Source: Vulcanimicrobiota bacterium
GTDB taxonomy: Bacteria > Vulcanimicrobiota > Vulcanimicrobiia > Vulcanimicrobiales > Vulcanimicrobiaceae
DNA length: 64,000 nt
Direction: 5' to 3'
NCBI GenBank assembly: GCA_963812155.1
Contig: CAWETW010000001.1
Span: 416,001 to 480,000 of the forward strand
Shown here: piece after piece, positions 19,738-28,876 of the stretch
How the letters are laid out: every line of letters starts with the position of its first letter
How positions within the stretch are numbered: position 1 is the stretch's first letter
Notes under the pieces: generated by a model
What the model was told of the DNA's origin: nothing
Seen by the model: only the letters and a program-made list of their open reading frames with translations
The model's database searches: none
Position numbers and translations under genes: made by a program

Positions 19738-20641
19738 ATGCGGATGAAGTTCGACGTACGAATCGCGTTCGCAACGGTTGCGCTGCTTCTCGGCGCGTGC
19801 CAGGGCGGGCTCGATAGCGGCGGCGGCATGCCCGGCATGATGGGGCCGCCGGTCCAACAGCCGGGGCCAATGGGCTCGGGCGAAATGCAAGGGCCGACGA
19901 TCGGTGCCAACGGTCAGCCCGAACTGACGTCGCCCGGAGCGACGCTTGCGCCCAATCAGTCGCAGTTTGCTGTCGGTGACGGTCCCAACGGCGTAAAGTG
20001 CCCGCTCTTCCAGCAGTACACGTGCACGCTGAGCTTCAACATACCGACGCCGGCGCCGCCGTCGTCGCCCGGCGCAAACACCGAGACCGACGCCGACGCC
20101 GACGCCCACCCCGGCAGCTACCGCATCGAGCGGCGCCGACGACAGCGACGACTCGGACTCGCCGAACGCACCGCCGACGCCGCCCGGCACGATCACGCTG
20201 CAAATGGAACCGCTGCCGAAGGACATTCCGTCGATGACGAACCCCGATCCGCGGCTGCTGCGCATCACGCCGATGGTTGCGATTCGCCTGCAAAGCGACA
20301 CGGATTTCGCCCTCAACGGTACCGCTGCCGTACAATATACGATTCCGAAGACGCAAGTGTCGACGCGTTCCTTCGCGATTCAGCTGTACAACGAAACCGC
20401 CGTACGAGGAAAACGTACCGACCAGTATCTCGCAACTTACACGAAATACTCGGCCACCGACACGACCGTTTCGTTCAACTTTGCCACGCCGCGCGTGACG
20501 GTCAAGCGCGGACAAATATGGCTGCTGGCGCTCTACGGCTACCAGTATCCACCCGGCTCGACGCCGACCCCCTCGCCGTCGCCCGCGTCGTCGGGCTCGC
20601 CGCCACCGTCGCCCAACCCATCGCCGACCCCATCATCGTAG
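19738..20641 (+). pseudogene. Pro-rich lipoprotein with a +1 frameshift near 20078 (real or sequencing error)
   Basis: Lipobox LGAC ORF continues after ggcgcaaa(c)accg in next frame as PRPTPTPTPTP...MEPLPKD... to stop at 20641. Confidence 0.65.
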
Positions 20642-20646
20642 CACCG

Positions 20647-21096
20647 TCACGGTCTGCGCATCTCCGAACGCGCGCGCAACGCGTCGATTTCGGCGATATC
20701 TTCTTCCTCAACTCGGCGTTGCGCAGCGGTGCACTTTGCCAGATGACGATCGCGCAGCGTTTCGATCGCGCGCCGGTCGCGGGTTGCTTCGACGGCGTCG
20801 CGGCAGGCACGCTCCAAAGGCGCCTGAATGCCGGCGGCTTCGGCGACATGCCGATCGGCGCAGTCGCGCAGCACCGCTAACTGAAACTCACACGCTTGCG
20901 CCTCCGCGATTTTCAGCATTGCGGCGGCGTGTAATGTTTGCAAACATTCTACGGCCGCTCCGTGACAGCGTTCTATGGCACGGTTGTGAGCGCTTTCCAT
21001 GCGGCGGAGTGCGGCCACCACGCGCCCTGCCTCTTCTTCGGCGTGCCTCCGGTAGTCCAGGACCGCCTGCAGGGCGAACCGCCGATTTCTCCGCAT
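20647..21096 (-). CDS. fliJ: FliJ-like flagellar export chaperone
   Basis: RFALQAVLDYRRHAEEEA N-terminus and ATRDRRAIETLRDR...EEEDIAEID C-terminus match FliJ pattern; about 150 aa coiled coil. Confidence 0.6.
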   Translation of the reverse strand: MRRNRRFALQAVLDYRRHAEEEAGRVVAALRRMESAHNRAIERCHGAAVECLQTLHAAAMLKIAEAQACEFQLAVLRDCADRHVAEAAGIQAPLERACRDAVEATRDRRAIETLRDRHLAKCTAAQRRVEEEDIAEIDALRARSEMRRP

Positions 21097-21130
21097 TCTA
21101 TTCTTCGTCCGCGAGTCCAATCACGACGAT

Positions 21131-21499
21131 GTGAGGCAAACGCAAATGAGTGCAACCGCGCGACTGGCGAGCATTCTCGGACTTGCAATGGTGGCCGCGT
21201 GCGGAACGCCGCGAGCGCCGTCGAGTCTTCCGCGCACATCTTCCGTTCGCACGACGAGCAACGGCGGGGATCCGCAGTGCAACGACGGCGGCGGCTGCGG
21301 TACCGTCTTCAAACTCAGTGCAAACGGCGGCAAATGGACGGAGCACATCCTCCACGTCTTCGAAGACGACCCGACTGACGGGGGCATGCCGGGAAGCGCG
21401 CTTCTCCTCGAACCGTCGGGCGATCTGTTCGGCACGACGGAGTTCGGCGGCCCCGGACCGGGCATCGGTGAAGGCAGCGTCTTCGAAATTCGTCGCTAA
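21131..21499 (+). CDS. Short lipoprotein with GloVer-type (choice-of-anchor) repeat
   Basis: VAAC lipobox; GCGTVFKLS..WTEHILHVF..DG..P...L...GDLFGTTEFGG..G.GSVFEI. Confidence 0.6.
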   Translation: MRQTQMSATARLASILGLAMVAACGTPRAPSSLPRTSSVRTTSNGGDPQCNDGGGCGTVFKLSANGGKWTEHILHVFEDDPTDGGMPGSALLLEPSGDLFGTTEFGGPGPGIGEGSVFEIRR

Positions 21500-21527
21500 C
21501 GCTTCGTCGGTCCGCTGTTTCTTGGGC

Positions 21528-22715
21528 TCAGGATGTCATGGAGATGAGTTGGGTGCGTTCGCGACCCACGGAGACCATTTCGATGGGCGTCGCAAGCAAC
21601 TCTTCGACGCGGGCAACGTAGCGGCGAGCGGCGGCCGGTAAATCTTCGATCCGCCGGCAATCGTGGAGCGGCTCGCTCCAGCCGGGTAACTCTTCCACGT
21701 CGAGTTCCAAGTTGGCATCGTCTGCGCCGATGGCGCTGAAACCGGCCGGCTTGCCGTTGCGGCGGTATCCGGTGACGATACCCAGCGTATCGAAGCCGGT
21801 CAGCACGTCGAGCTTCGTCATCACGGCGACCGTGAGCCCATTGATTGCCACCGCGTAGCGCCCCGCGACGGCGTCGAACCAGCCGCAGCGACGCGGCCGT
21901 CCGGTGACGGTACCAAACTCACGGCCCTGTCGTCGAAGCCGCTCGCCTCGCTCGTCGTGTAGCTCCGACGGAAACGGACCGCCGCCGACGCGCGTGCAGT
22001 ACGCTTTCACGACCCCGGTCACGCGACCGATCGACGTCGGACCGATCCCCAGGCCGATGCACGCGCTTCCGGCGATCGTGTGCGAACTCGTGACGTAGGG
22101 ATACGTGCCGTATCCGACGTCGAGCAGCGAGCCTTGCGCGCCTTCGAGCAGCACGCGTTTACCGCCGGCCAGCTTTTGGTGGATGTAGGTGACGCCGTCA
22201 ACGACGTGCGGCGCGAGCCGTCGTGCGGTCTCGTCGCCGCCTTCGCGCGCGTAGTCGCCGAACAGCAGCCCGGTGCGAGCCACTTTATCGACGTAGGCAG
22301 GCCCGATTCCGCGTCCCGTCGTCCCAATCGCCCCGGTTCCACGCGCCTCCTCCGCAGCCCGATCGGCAGCAGCGTGGCGCGGCAGCACGACGTGCGCGCG
22401 ATCTGAAATCTTTATCCGCGACGTGTCGACGCCGAGCGCCGCAAGTTTCTCGATTTCGGCGAGCAGCGTCGCCGGATTGACGACCGTGCCGCCCCCGACG
22501 AACAATTCCGCGTGAGGATTGAGCGCGCCCGACGGAACGATTCGCAGCGCGAGTTCGGTCTCACCCACGACGATCGAGTGGCCGGCGTTGTCGCCGCCGC
22601 CGAAACGAGCCACGACGTCGTACTCGAGGGCGTAAAGGTCGACGATCCGCCCTTTGCCCTCGTCACCCCATTGTATTCCAACGATGACATCGGCTTTGGA
22701 GCCGGAATTACTCAG
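21528..22715 (-). CDS. purA: Adenylosuccinate synthetase, inferred CTG start
   Basis: GIQWGDEGKG (upstream of ORF-track start), RFGGGDNAGH, IGTTGRGIGPAY, EGAQG, GTYPYVTSS, EFGTVTGRPRRCGW. Confidence 0.93.
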   Translation of the reverse strand: MSNSGSKADVIVGIQWGDEGKGRIVDLYALEYDVVARFGGGDNAGHSIVVGETELALRIVPSGALNPHAELFVGGGTVVNPATLLAEIEKLAALGVDTSRIKISDRAHVVLPRHAAADRAAEEARGTGAIGTTGRGIGPAYVDKVARTGLLFGDYAREGGDETARRLAPHVVDGVTYIHQKLAGGKRVLLEGAQGSLLDVGYGTYPYVTSSHTIAGSACIGLGIGPTSIGRVTGVVKAYCTRVGGGPFPSELHDERGERLRRQGREFGTVTGRPRRCGWFDAVAGRYAVAINGLTVAVMTKLDVLTGFDTLGIVTGYRRNGKPAGFSAIGADDANLELDVEELPGWSEPLHDCRRIEDLPAAARRYVARVEELLATPIEMVSVGRERTQLISMTS

Positions 22716-24027
22716 AACGGAACTCCAAGTCGCCGGTATCGCCCATCGGAATTTGGGCGACGCCTTGGAACTGCGTCATGACGAACTCCGAAAACAGTGC
22801 GTTGGGCCAGCCGAAATCTTGGCGCGTAAACTGGTGCGGGTCGTTTGGATTGAACGATTCGTGCAGCAGATGGTCGCCGGGATCGCTGGCCAGCAACTGC
22901 GTGAGCACATCTTGCTTCTCGGCGGCCGTCGTCGCCGTCATGCCTTGCACGATCAGCGCCAGCGGCCAGACCCAATGGTCGGGCGTGTGATAGCTGCCGA
23001 TGCCGCGCGCGCGCTGACCCTGGTAGAACGACGGGTTGTCTTGCGAGAGCAGAAAGCGCCGCGTGTTGTCGTAATACTTGTCGCCGGCCAGCGTGTAGCC
23101 GATGTACGGGGCCGAGAGCAAGCTCGGAATGTTGGCATCGTCGGTGAGGATGGCGTGCCCGAGACCGTCGACCTCGTATGCGTAGACGTATCCGTATTTC
23201 GGGACGAGCACCAAACCGTAGGTTTGGATTCCGCGCTGAACCTCGTCGCGCAATGCCTTCGCTTCGCGCGCTTTGACCACGTTGTGATAGACGTCGCGCT
23301 CGATTTCCGACATATCGCCGAGCGCGACGACCGCAAACATCTCGGACGGTATGAGGAAGTTGTAGTAGCAGGCGTCGTCGGACGGACGGAAGCCGGTCCA
23401 AATCATTCCGGTATAGCCCACCGGGCGACCCTTGCCGTCGTTCGCGAGCTCCTTATGCGTGTAACTGGAATTGCGTGGATGATCTTGCTCGCGCTGCATC
23501 GTGGCCAGCACGGAGTCGAGCATTTTTGAAAAATCGGGCGTAAAGATCGACGAATCGTGGGTGGTTTTCCAGTAACTCCATGCGAGCGTCGTCGGATAGG
23601 CCAGCGAATCGAGCTCGAACTTCTGCTCCCAGACGCGGTAGTCGAGCGTGTAGGCGTTGGCGTAGGGATCGATCTGAACGTATTTTGTCATGCGCGCGAC
23701 GATGGCTTGCAGCAGACGGCGCACGTCGGAATCGTCCTTGGCGAAATAGAGATACGGCCGCGATTGCGCCGACGCGTCGCGCAGCCACTCGGCCGGAATG
23801 TCGCCGGTCTTCACGTAGGCCGTTCCGTCCGGCGCGTACTCGGCGAGTTTCCCCGTGTCGAGCAGCGCCGACCGGAACATATCTTGCAACTGTTCGTTCG
23901 AATTGCGATAATCGGCCGCCGCCTGCTCGATCGAATGCAGCTCCAGTGCCGGAGCCCGCAATGGAAGCGCGGCGAACAGCATCGCGACCAGCGCCGCAAT
24001 CGAAATACAACGGTGCCGCAAGTTCAT
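22708..24027 (-). CDS. Glycoside hydrolase family 125 (exo-alpha-1,6-mannosidase-like), secreted
   Basis: TGDIPAEWLRD, WEQKFELDSL, FRPSDDAC, DDANIPSLLS, HESF..FTRQDFGWPN; signal peptide. Confidence 0.9.
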   Translation of the reverse strand: MNLRHRCISIAALVAMLFAALPLRAPALELHSIEQAAADYRNSNEQLQDMFRSALLDTGKLAEYAPDGTAYVKTGDIPAEWLRDASAQSRPYLYFAKDDSDVRRLLQAIVARMTKYVQIDPYANAYTLDYRVWEQKFELDSLAYPTTLAWSYWKTTHDSSIFTPDFSKMLDSVLATMQREQDHPRNSSYTHKELANDGKGRPVGYTGMIWTGFRPSDDACYYNFLIPSEMFAVVALGDMSEIERDVYHNVVKAREAKALRDEVQRGIQTYGLVLVPKYGYVYAYEVDGLGHAILTDDANIPSLLSAPYIGYTLAGDKYYDNTRRFLLSQDNPSFYQGQRARGIGSYHTPDHWVWPLALIVQGMTATTAAEKQDVLTQLLASDPGDHLLHESFNPNDPHQFTRQDFGWPNALFSEFVMTQFQGVAQIPMGDTGDLEFRSE

Positions 24028-24536
24028 CGCGGCCACGTTTCGTGGCCGTAGAGCGCGGGCAGTTCGCGGTAGCGTCCACCGTATCCCAAACCGTATCCGA
24101 CGACGTAGACGTCCGGCGCCTCGAAACCTCGATAGCGCAGTTCGACGTGCGCGATCCGGCGGTGCGGACGGTCGAGCAGCGCGCAGACCGCCAGCGACGC
24201 GGGGCGGCGCTCGAGCAGCCGCTTGACGACGAACCGCAACGTCAGCCCGGTGTCGATCGTATCGTCGACGACGATCACGTCGCGACCCTCAACGGAAATG
24301 ACGGCGTCCTTGGCAAGTTCAATGCCTGGGCCGTCGCCATAGCGATTGACGGCAATCGTGTCGAGCTGGCATGGAATGGAGACGGCTTTCGCCAGATCCG
24401 TGAAAAACGGCGCGGGCGGCCGGGCGACGCCCAGCAGCAGCGGAATGCGACCCGCGTAGTCCTCTGAGATCGCGGCGCCGAGTTCGAGGACCCGCGCCGC
24501 TATGGCATTCGCGTCGAAGAGCGGTTCGCCGATCAT
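24024..24536 (-). CDS. Hypoxanthine phosphoribosyltransferase-like protein (divergent)
   Basis: IAARVLELGAAISEDY, VVDDTIDTGLTL PRPP loop, VVGYGL, YRELP; several canonical residues replaced. Confidence 0.8.
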   Translation of the reverse strand: MIGEPLFDANAIAARVLELGAAISEDYAGRIPLLLGVARPPAPFFTDLAKAVSIPCQLDTIAVNRYGDGPGIELAKDAVISVEGRDVIVVDDTIDTGLTLRFVVKRLLERRPASLAVCALLDRPHRRIAHVELRYRGFEAPDVYVVGYGLGYGGRYRELPALYGHETWPR

Positions 24537-24922
24537 CCGGCCGCCGCCCGCGGACGCGCGAGCACGCGTTCGACGTCGCGCCGCGTAAAGAGCTTGACGT
24601 TGACGTGCGGATAGTTCGAGCGCAGTAAGCGCATCTTCCGGTTCTTTCGCGAGTTTCGAATCGGTTTTGCGACGGTGACTTCAATATAGAGATCGTACTC
24701 CGGAAGATAAAAATCCGGTGTGAAGAACTCGACGGGCTCGCCGCGGCCGTTCCAGCAAATCGGAAACGTACGGGGTTCATACTGCCACGGAATTCGGTAG
24801 AAGTCGAATACTCGTGCGAACTCCGCTTCGCTCGCGTGCGCGAATGGGCCCCGTGACGTAGCCACGGGCTGATACCTACGACGTGAGGCGCCCCCCCTCC
24901 CGCCGCCTTCCCGTTGCGGCAT
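24533..24922 (-). CDS. Hypothetical protein, PD-(D/E)XK nuclease-like
   Basis: FAHASEAEFARVFDFYRIPWQYEP...FTPDFYLPEYDLYIEVT; stop overlaps HPRT-like start (ATGA). Confidence 0.6.
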   Translation of the reverse strand: MPQREGGGRGGASRRRYQPVATSRGPFAHASEAEFARVFDFYRIPWQYEPRTFPICWNGRGEPVEFFTPDFYLPEYDLYIEVTVAKPIRNSRKNRKMRLLRSNYPHVNVKLFTRRDVERVLARPRAAAG

Positions 24923-24994
24923 CCGGGGGCTTCGTTGCCGAAAGCAGGCGGCGCGCAGGGCCACGCGCACCGCCGCTTCCTTCAACCCTTAAGG

Positions 24995-25672
24995 CTACGC
25001 GTTGAGCGAACGCTGCCCGACGACGCGGCCGGCCGGCTTCGTGGTATCGGCGCCGTTGCCCCAAATGCCGTTGTAACTGTTATTGTCGCCGTTGAACCAG
25101 AACGAGTACCAGCCTTTTCCGGTCGGCCCGGTCCAGTTTGCACGCACCTTGTCCTTCGTCCGGAACTTCCCGTTGATGATGTATGGCCCGACGTGGCAGA
25201 CGACGGTCGGGCCGGATTGCGTGCACTTCATCGTGCCAGCGAATCCGCCCTCACCGCCGGCACCCTTGACGTTCCACGTGCCCGCGGCGCTGATCGGCGA
25301 CGGCGGCAGGAATTTATTGCCGACGAAGGAGCCGTTGGCCGGGCGTCCGTTGTAGCCCCACGTGCCGTTGAAACTGTGACCGTTCGGACTGGCGTAAACG
25401 GTGAGCCACCCGGCGCCGGTCGGGCCGTGCCATTTGCCGTTGATCTGCGTGTCGTTGACGAACTCTCCGGTGAAGCCGGTGCCGTTCGAGGACGTGCCCA
25501 CGAGGCCCATGCCCGACTGCGTGAGCTTCACGGTGGCCGTCGTGTTGCCGTTGAGGCCGGTTTGCTCCACGTTCCACGTGCCGGACATGTTCGGCGACGC
25601 AGCCTGCGCGGCGAACCCGGACGATACGGCGATTGCGCAACCGGCCACCACCGCTAAAACGAGACGTTTCAT
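24995..25672 (-). CDS. Secreted protein with two tandem beta-rich repeats
   Basis: Signal peptide; SGTWNV...GKW.GPTG.GW...SFNGTWG repeated as AGTWNV...ANWTGPTGKGW...SYNGIWG. Confidence 0.7.
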   Translation of the reverse strand: MKRLVLAVVAGCAIAVSSGFAAQAASPNMSGTWNVEQTGLNGNTTATVKLTQSGMGLVGTSSNGTGFTGEFVNDTQINGKWHGPTGAGWLTVYASPNGHSFNGTWGYNGRPANGSFVGNKFLPPSPISAAGTWNVKGAGGEGGFAGTMKCTQSGPTVVCHVGPYIINGKFRTKDKVRANWTGPTGKGWYSFWFNGDNNSYNGIWGNGADTTKPAGRVVGQRSLNA

Positions 25673-25719
25673 TGAAAACTCCTTCTGAACGAACATGCAA
25701 AGGTATGTCTAGTCACCGA

Positions 25720-26616
25720 CTAGAGCTGGAACGTATAGCCTAAGAGAGGGCCGTACATCGCTAGTTTCTGTACCGGCGAGTTCTGGGGAAACGTGTTGTA
25801 GTTGAGGGTGCGATAGGCTAGTACGATCGTTTGGCCGTGATCGAACATGTAGCCGGGTCCCCCCAGTACCTGCCACGTCTGATTGGTGGCGCCGACGCCG
25901 GCGTCTCCGTAATACGTGACGTAAAAATGATCGCCGAAAAACGCCTTGCCGCGTAACCCGAAGATCACGTCGTTGGTCACCGGATTTTCGACGACGGTTC
26001 CAGCGGGCTGCACGATGCCTTTTTTGCCGATGACGGCGTTGTAGTTCAACGTGAGATTGAGTGGGTACTGGCGCCATCCGGCAAAGATGTTGGCGTCGGC
26101 GTTATTGCCGTGCGCCACGGAGAAGCCCGCGGCGATTTCCCAGATTGAAGTGGCGAGCCGGCTATTCGTCGTCAACGTTATGGGAATCTTAACGTGTCCG
26201 AGCGGACCGCCGACCGTCGTCATCGCCGTCGCCGACGTGGAAACGTTCGCATAGATGTAGTCGCCGAACAGATCCAGCGCGCCTTTGCGCACCTCGAACG
26301 CGAACATCGCAGCGGAATTGATGCTCGAGATATAGTCGCTCGGGCCGACGGCGACCGAACTCTGGATAGGAACGCCGCCGTGCTGCGAAAGCGTCGGGAT
26401 CGAATATTGCACGTTTTGGCGCAGCGTGGGCAGCCAAACGTAGGGCGCCAGCGTGACGTGCAGTTGGCCGTCGTATTGGCGCTGCATGGGTGTCAGCGGA
26501 GTGCTCGGAGCAACGGTCGCGGCGGGGGCCGGCGTCTCCTGTGCCGGGGCGGGCGACGCCGTCGCGGCCGCGCATGCCAAAATACCCGCAGCCAGAAACG
26601 AAAATGAGCGCATCAT
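25720..26616 (-). CDS. Putative outer-membrane beta-barrel protein
   Basis: Signal peptide, TLAPYVWLP, amphipathic strands, C-terminal YGPLLGYTFQL. Confidence 0.6.
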   Translation of the reverse strand: MMRSFSFLAAGILACAAATASPAPAQETPAPAATVAPSTPLTPMQRQYDGQLHVTLAPYVWLPTLRQNVQYSIPTLSQHGGVPIQSSVAVGPSDYISSINSAAMFAFEVRKGALDLFGDYIYANVSTSATAMTTVGGPLGHVKIPITLTTNSRLATSIWEIAAGFSVAHGNNADANIFAGWRQYPLNLTLNYNAVIGKKGIVQPAGTVVENPVTNDVIFGLRGKAFFGDHFYVTYYGDAGVGATNQTWQVLGGPGYMFDHGQTIVLAYRTLNYNTFPQNSPVQKLAMYGPLLGYTFQL

Positions 26617-26699
26617 GGTGCGTTATGCTTCAATTCCCAGGCGGCAGTTCCCCGCTTGCGGAGCGTCCAAGCATTCAGACTTTTACGCTCTTGAGACTT

Positions 26700-26855
26700 T
26701 TACGTCATCAAGATGTTTTGCATCATGCCGGTGTCTTCGTGCGGCAAAGCGTGGCAGTCGAACGTTCAGCGGGCCATTGCGCCCCGTGCGCTTCGGAAGA
26801 ATCTTGTTGACGCTACCAGTTGAAACGTGTTGTCGTGCTAGCGGAACGGTTGCAT
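26700..26855 (-). pseudogene. Decayed multicopper-oxidase C-terminal remnant
   Basis: Reads MQPFR*HDNTFQLV (like HPFHIHVNPFQV) and, after deletion/frameshift, FDCHALPHEDTGMMQNILMT* (like HCHILxHEDxGMM). Confidence 0.6.
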
Positions 26856-26882
26856 CACTCAGTCGGAATGTCCACGCCGTTC

Positions 26883-27362
26883 CTAGCCTCTGGTCCAGCG
26901 CTCGATCAAAGCGCGGTGCTGTGGAAAGGTGTTCGCCAACGCTTCGCGAGCCGCGATTTCAAAGTCGGCGAAATCGAAGCCGGGACCCACATCGCACCCG
27001 ACCAGCGCGTACGCATTCTCGACCGGCACGTGCGCCGCAAACCACGATCCCGTGCGGATTGCGGCTTGCCAGCGGTTGTGCTTTCCGATGACCATCCGTT
27101 CGTGCCGGCCGCCGGGCTCAATGACGTCGATCGCAACTGGCGCGCCGCGGTAGTGATGCCAGATCTCATCCGAACGAAGGCGATGGAACGACGAGAACTC
27201 GTCTCCGGAAAGCATAAAGTGAATCGACGTGATCGCCGGCCGCACCGCCCAGGGCGCCGTCACGTCGATTTCGCTCCGGAACGTTTGAACGTAAAAGCCG
27301 CCCTCCGGATGCGGTTTCAACGAGAGGCCGGAAATCAAGCGCATCGCTTCGTCCCGAAGCAT
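26883..27362 (-). CDS. Cupin domain protein (DUF985/Cupin_5)
   Basis: LKPHPEGGFY..TFRS, TSIHFML, FHRLRSDEIWHHYRG, LVGCDVGPGFDFADFE. Confidence 0.9.
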   Translation of the reverse strand: MLRDEAMRLISGLSLKPHPEGGFYVQTFRSEIDVTAPWAVRPAITSIHFMLSGDEFSSFHRLRSDEIWHHYRGAPVAIDVIEPGGRHERMVIGKHNRWQAAIRTGSWFAAHVPVENAYALVGCDVGPGFDFADFEIAAREALANTFPQHRALIERWTRG

Positions 27363-27440
27363 CGGCTTTAGGCTTGAGCGAGTGGGGACATTTTCCTTCC
27401 GCGCGCAGGATGTACGAATGGGATTGCGCGGCGCGAGCGC

Positions 27441-27923
27441 GTGTGGCATTATCGCGTAGTGAGAACACCTCCGACGACGGCCGGCGCCCTTATGGCCCTT
27501 GCCGCACTGTCGTTCCCGATAGCGATGGTTTGCAGTCCGGCAGACGCGACGGGCACCGTTACCATCGCGCAACACGACGGCACGACGAAAACCTATCGCG
27601 ACGTGGGCATCCACATTCGAAACGCGGAGCTCGTCGTAACGACCGCCGACGGGCAAGGCACCCTCGTAATCGGCAAGGCGGCTTGCACGCGCGAAAACGC
27701 TCTCGTAAAATGCCTGCCCTACGACGCCACACTCTATCAAAACGGCGGAAAGTTTCGCGTTGCGCTGACGTCGGGCACGGTCTGGCTGAACCCCTCGACG
27801 GCGCTGCAGCCCCTCTCCTTCTCGTCCGCGCACCTGCAACCGCACGGCGTGCTGATGTCGGTAACGACGGCGAAGGGAACGTCCGTGTCGCTCACCGGCA
27901 CGATCGACGGAGTCGAACGATGA
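27441..27923 (+). CDS. Hypothetical secreted protein
   Basis: Signal-like N-terminus, beta-rich body with a Cys pair; stop overlaps next ATG; start uncertain. Confidence 0.6.
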   Translation: MWHYRVVRTPPTTAGALMALAALSFPIAMVCSPADATGTVTIAQHDGTTKTYRDVGIHIRNAELVVTTADGQGTLVIGKAACTRENALVKCLPYDATLYQNGGKFRVALTSGTVWLNPSTALQPLSFSSAHLQPHGVLMSVTTAKGTSVSLTGTIDGVER

Positions 27924-28855
27924 ACGCAAGACACGCTCTAATCTGCGCGATCGCCGTCGCACTCGTCCCCGGCGCGGCCGTCGCCGGCCGCTTCGGCGGT
28001 GGCGGCGGATTCTCACGTCCAGCCGGCGGGTTCGATCTTCATAACGACGCCGCGGCGTCCCATCCCCCGCAGGGCGGGACTCACTCGAGCACAGGACCGT
28101 ACGGGACAAATCGCACCACGTCCGTCTCGAATACGGGTGGCGGCTACAACCGGACGACGACGGCGCAGAACGGTTCCTATAGTCGAACCAGCAGCGGCAG
28201 CGCCAATCAGAACGGGAACTTCTCGCACAGCACTAGCGCCTCGAGCCCGTACGGAAGCCGCAGCGGCAGCACGAGCGGAAACGTGAATAGCGGGAACTAC
28301 TCGCACAATGGAAGCGGGAGCAACGAATACGGCGGCTCGTATAGCAACTCGGGATCCGGTAACTTCAACAATCACACCTACAGCGGATCCGGCACCGCCA
28401 CCAACGCGTGGGGCGAAACCTACCATACCGGCACCTACGTCAACAACGGCTACGCCTATCACGGCGCCTACGTTACCAATCCGGTGTACGGCAGCTATCC
28501 GGTGTGGGGCTGGAACGGCGGAGTCGCGTGGTGGCCGGCGCCGTACTACTGGGGCGGCGGCTTTTGGGGCGCATTCGCGATCGGGGCGACGACTGCCGCG
28601 GTGTACGGCTCGATCGTGGCGGCCAACAACGTGACGTACACGTCGTACGAAGTGCAGCCGAGCAGTCCAGGCGCAAAACTTCTGTCCAGTTATCACCTCA
28701 CGCAGACGCAATGCGGGGCGCCTAACCTCGTCGTGATTTACGGTCCGAACAATAGCGTCATCTGCGCGAATCCGAACGACCTGGTTGCCGCCGGCACCTA
28801 TTCGCTCGACCAGCAAACGCTTACCATCGTTTCGCAGAAGCCTGCCGGGCCGTAA
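27920..28855 (+). CDS. Secreted Gly/Ser/Asn/Tyr-rich low-complexity protein
   Basis: Signal peptide MNARHALICAIAVALVPGAAVA; long G/S/N/T tract; WPAPYYWGGGFWGAFAIG; C-terminal Cys pair. Confidence 0.75.
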   Translation: MNARHALICAIAVALVPGAAVAGRFGGGGGFSRPAGGFDLHNDAAASHPPQGGTHSSTGPYGTNRTTSVSNTGGGYNRTTTAQNGSYSRTSSGSANQNGNFSHSTSASSPYGSRSGSTSGNVNSGNYSHNGSGSNEYGGSYSNSGSGNFNNHTYSGSGTATNAWGETYHTGTYVNNGYAYHGAYVTNPVYGSYPVWGWNGGVAWWPAPYYWGGGFWGAFAIGATTAAVYGSIVAANNVTYTSYEVQPSSPGAKLLSSYHLTQTQCGAPNLVVIYGPNNSVICANPNDLVAAGTYSLDQQTLTIVSQKPAGP

Positions 28856-28876
28856 GTCTTCACAGCTAGCCTCAAC

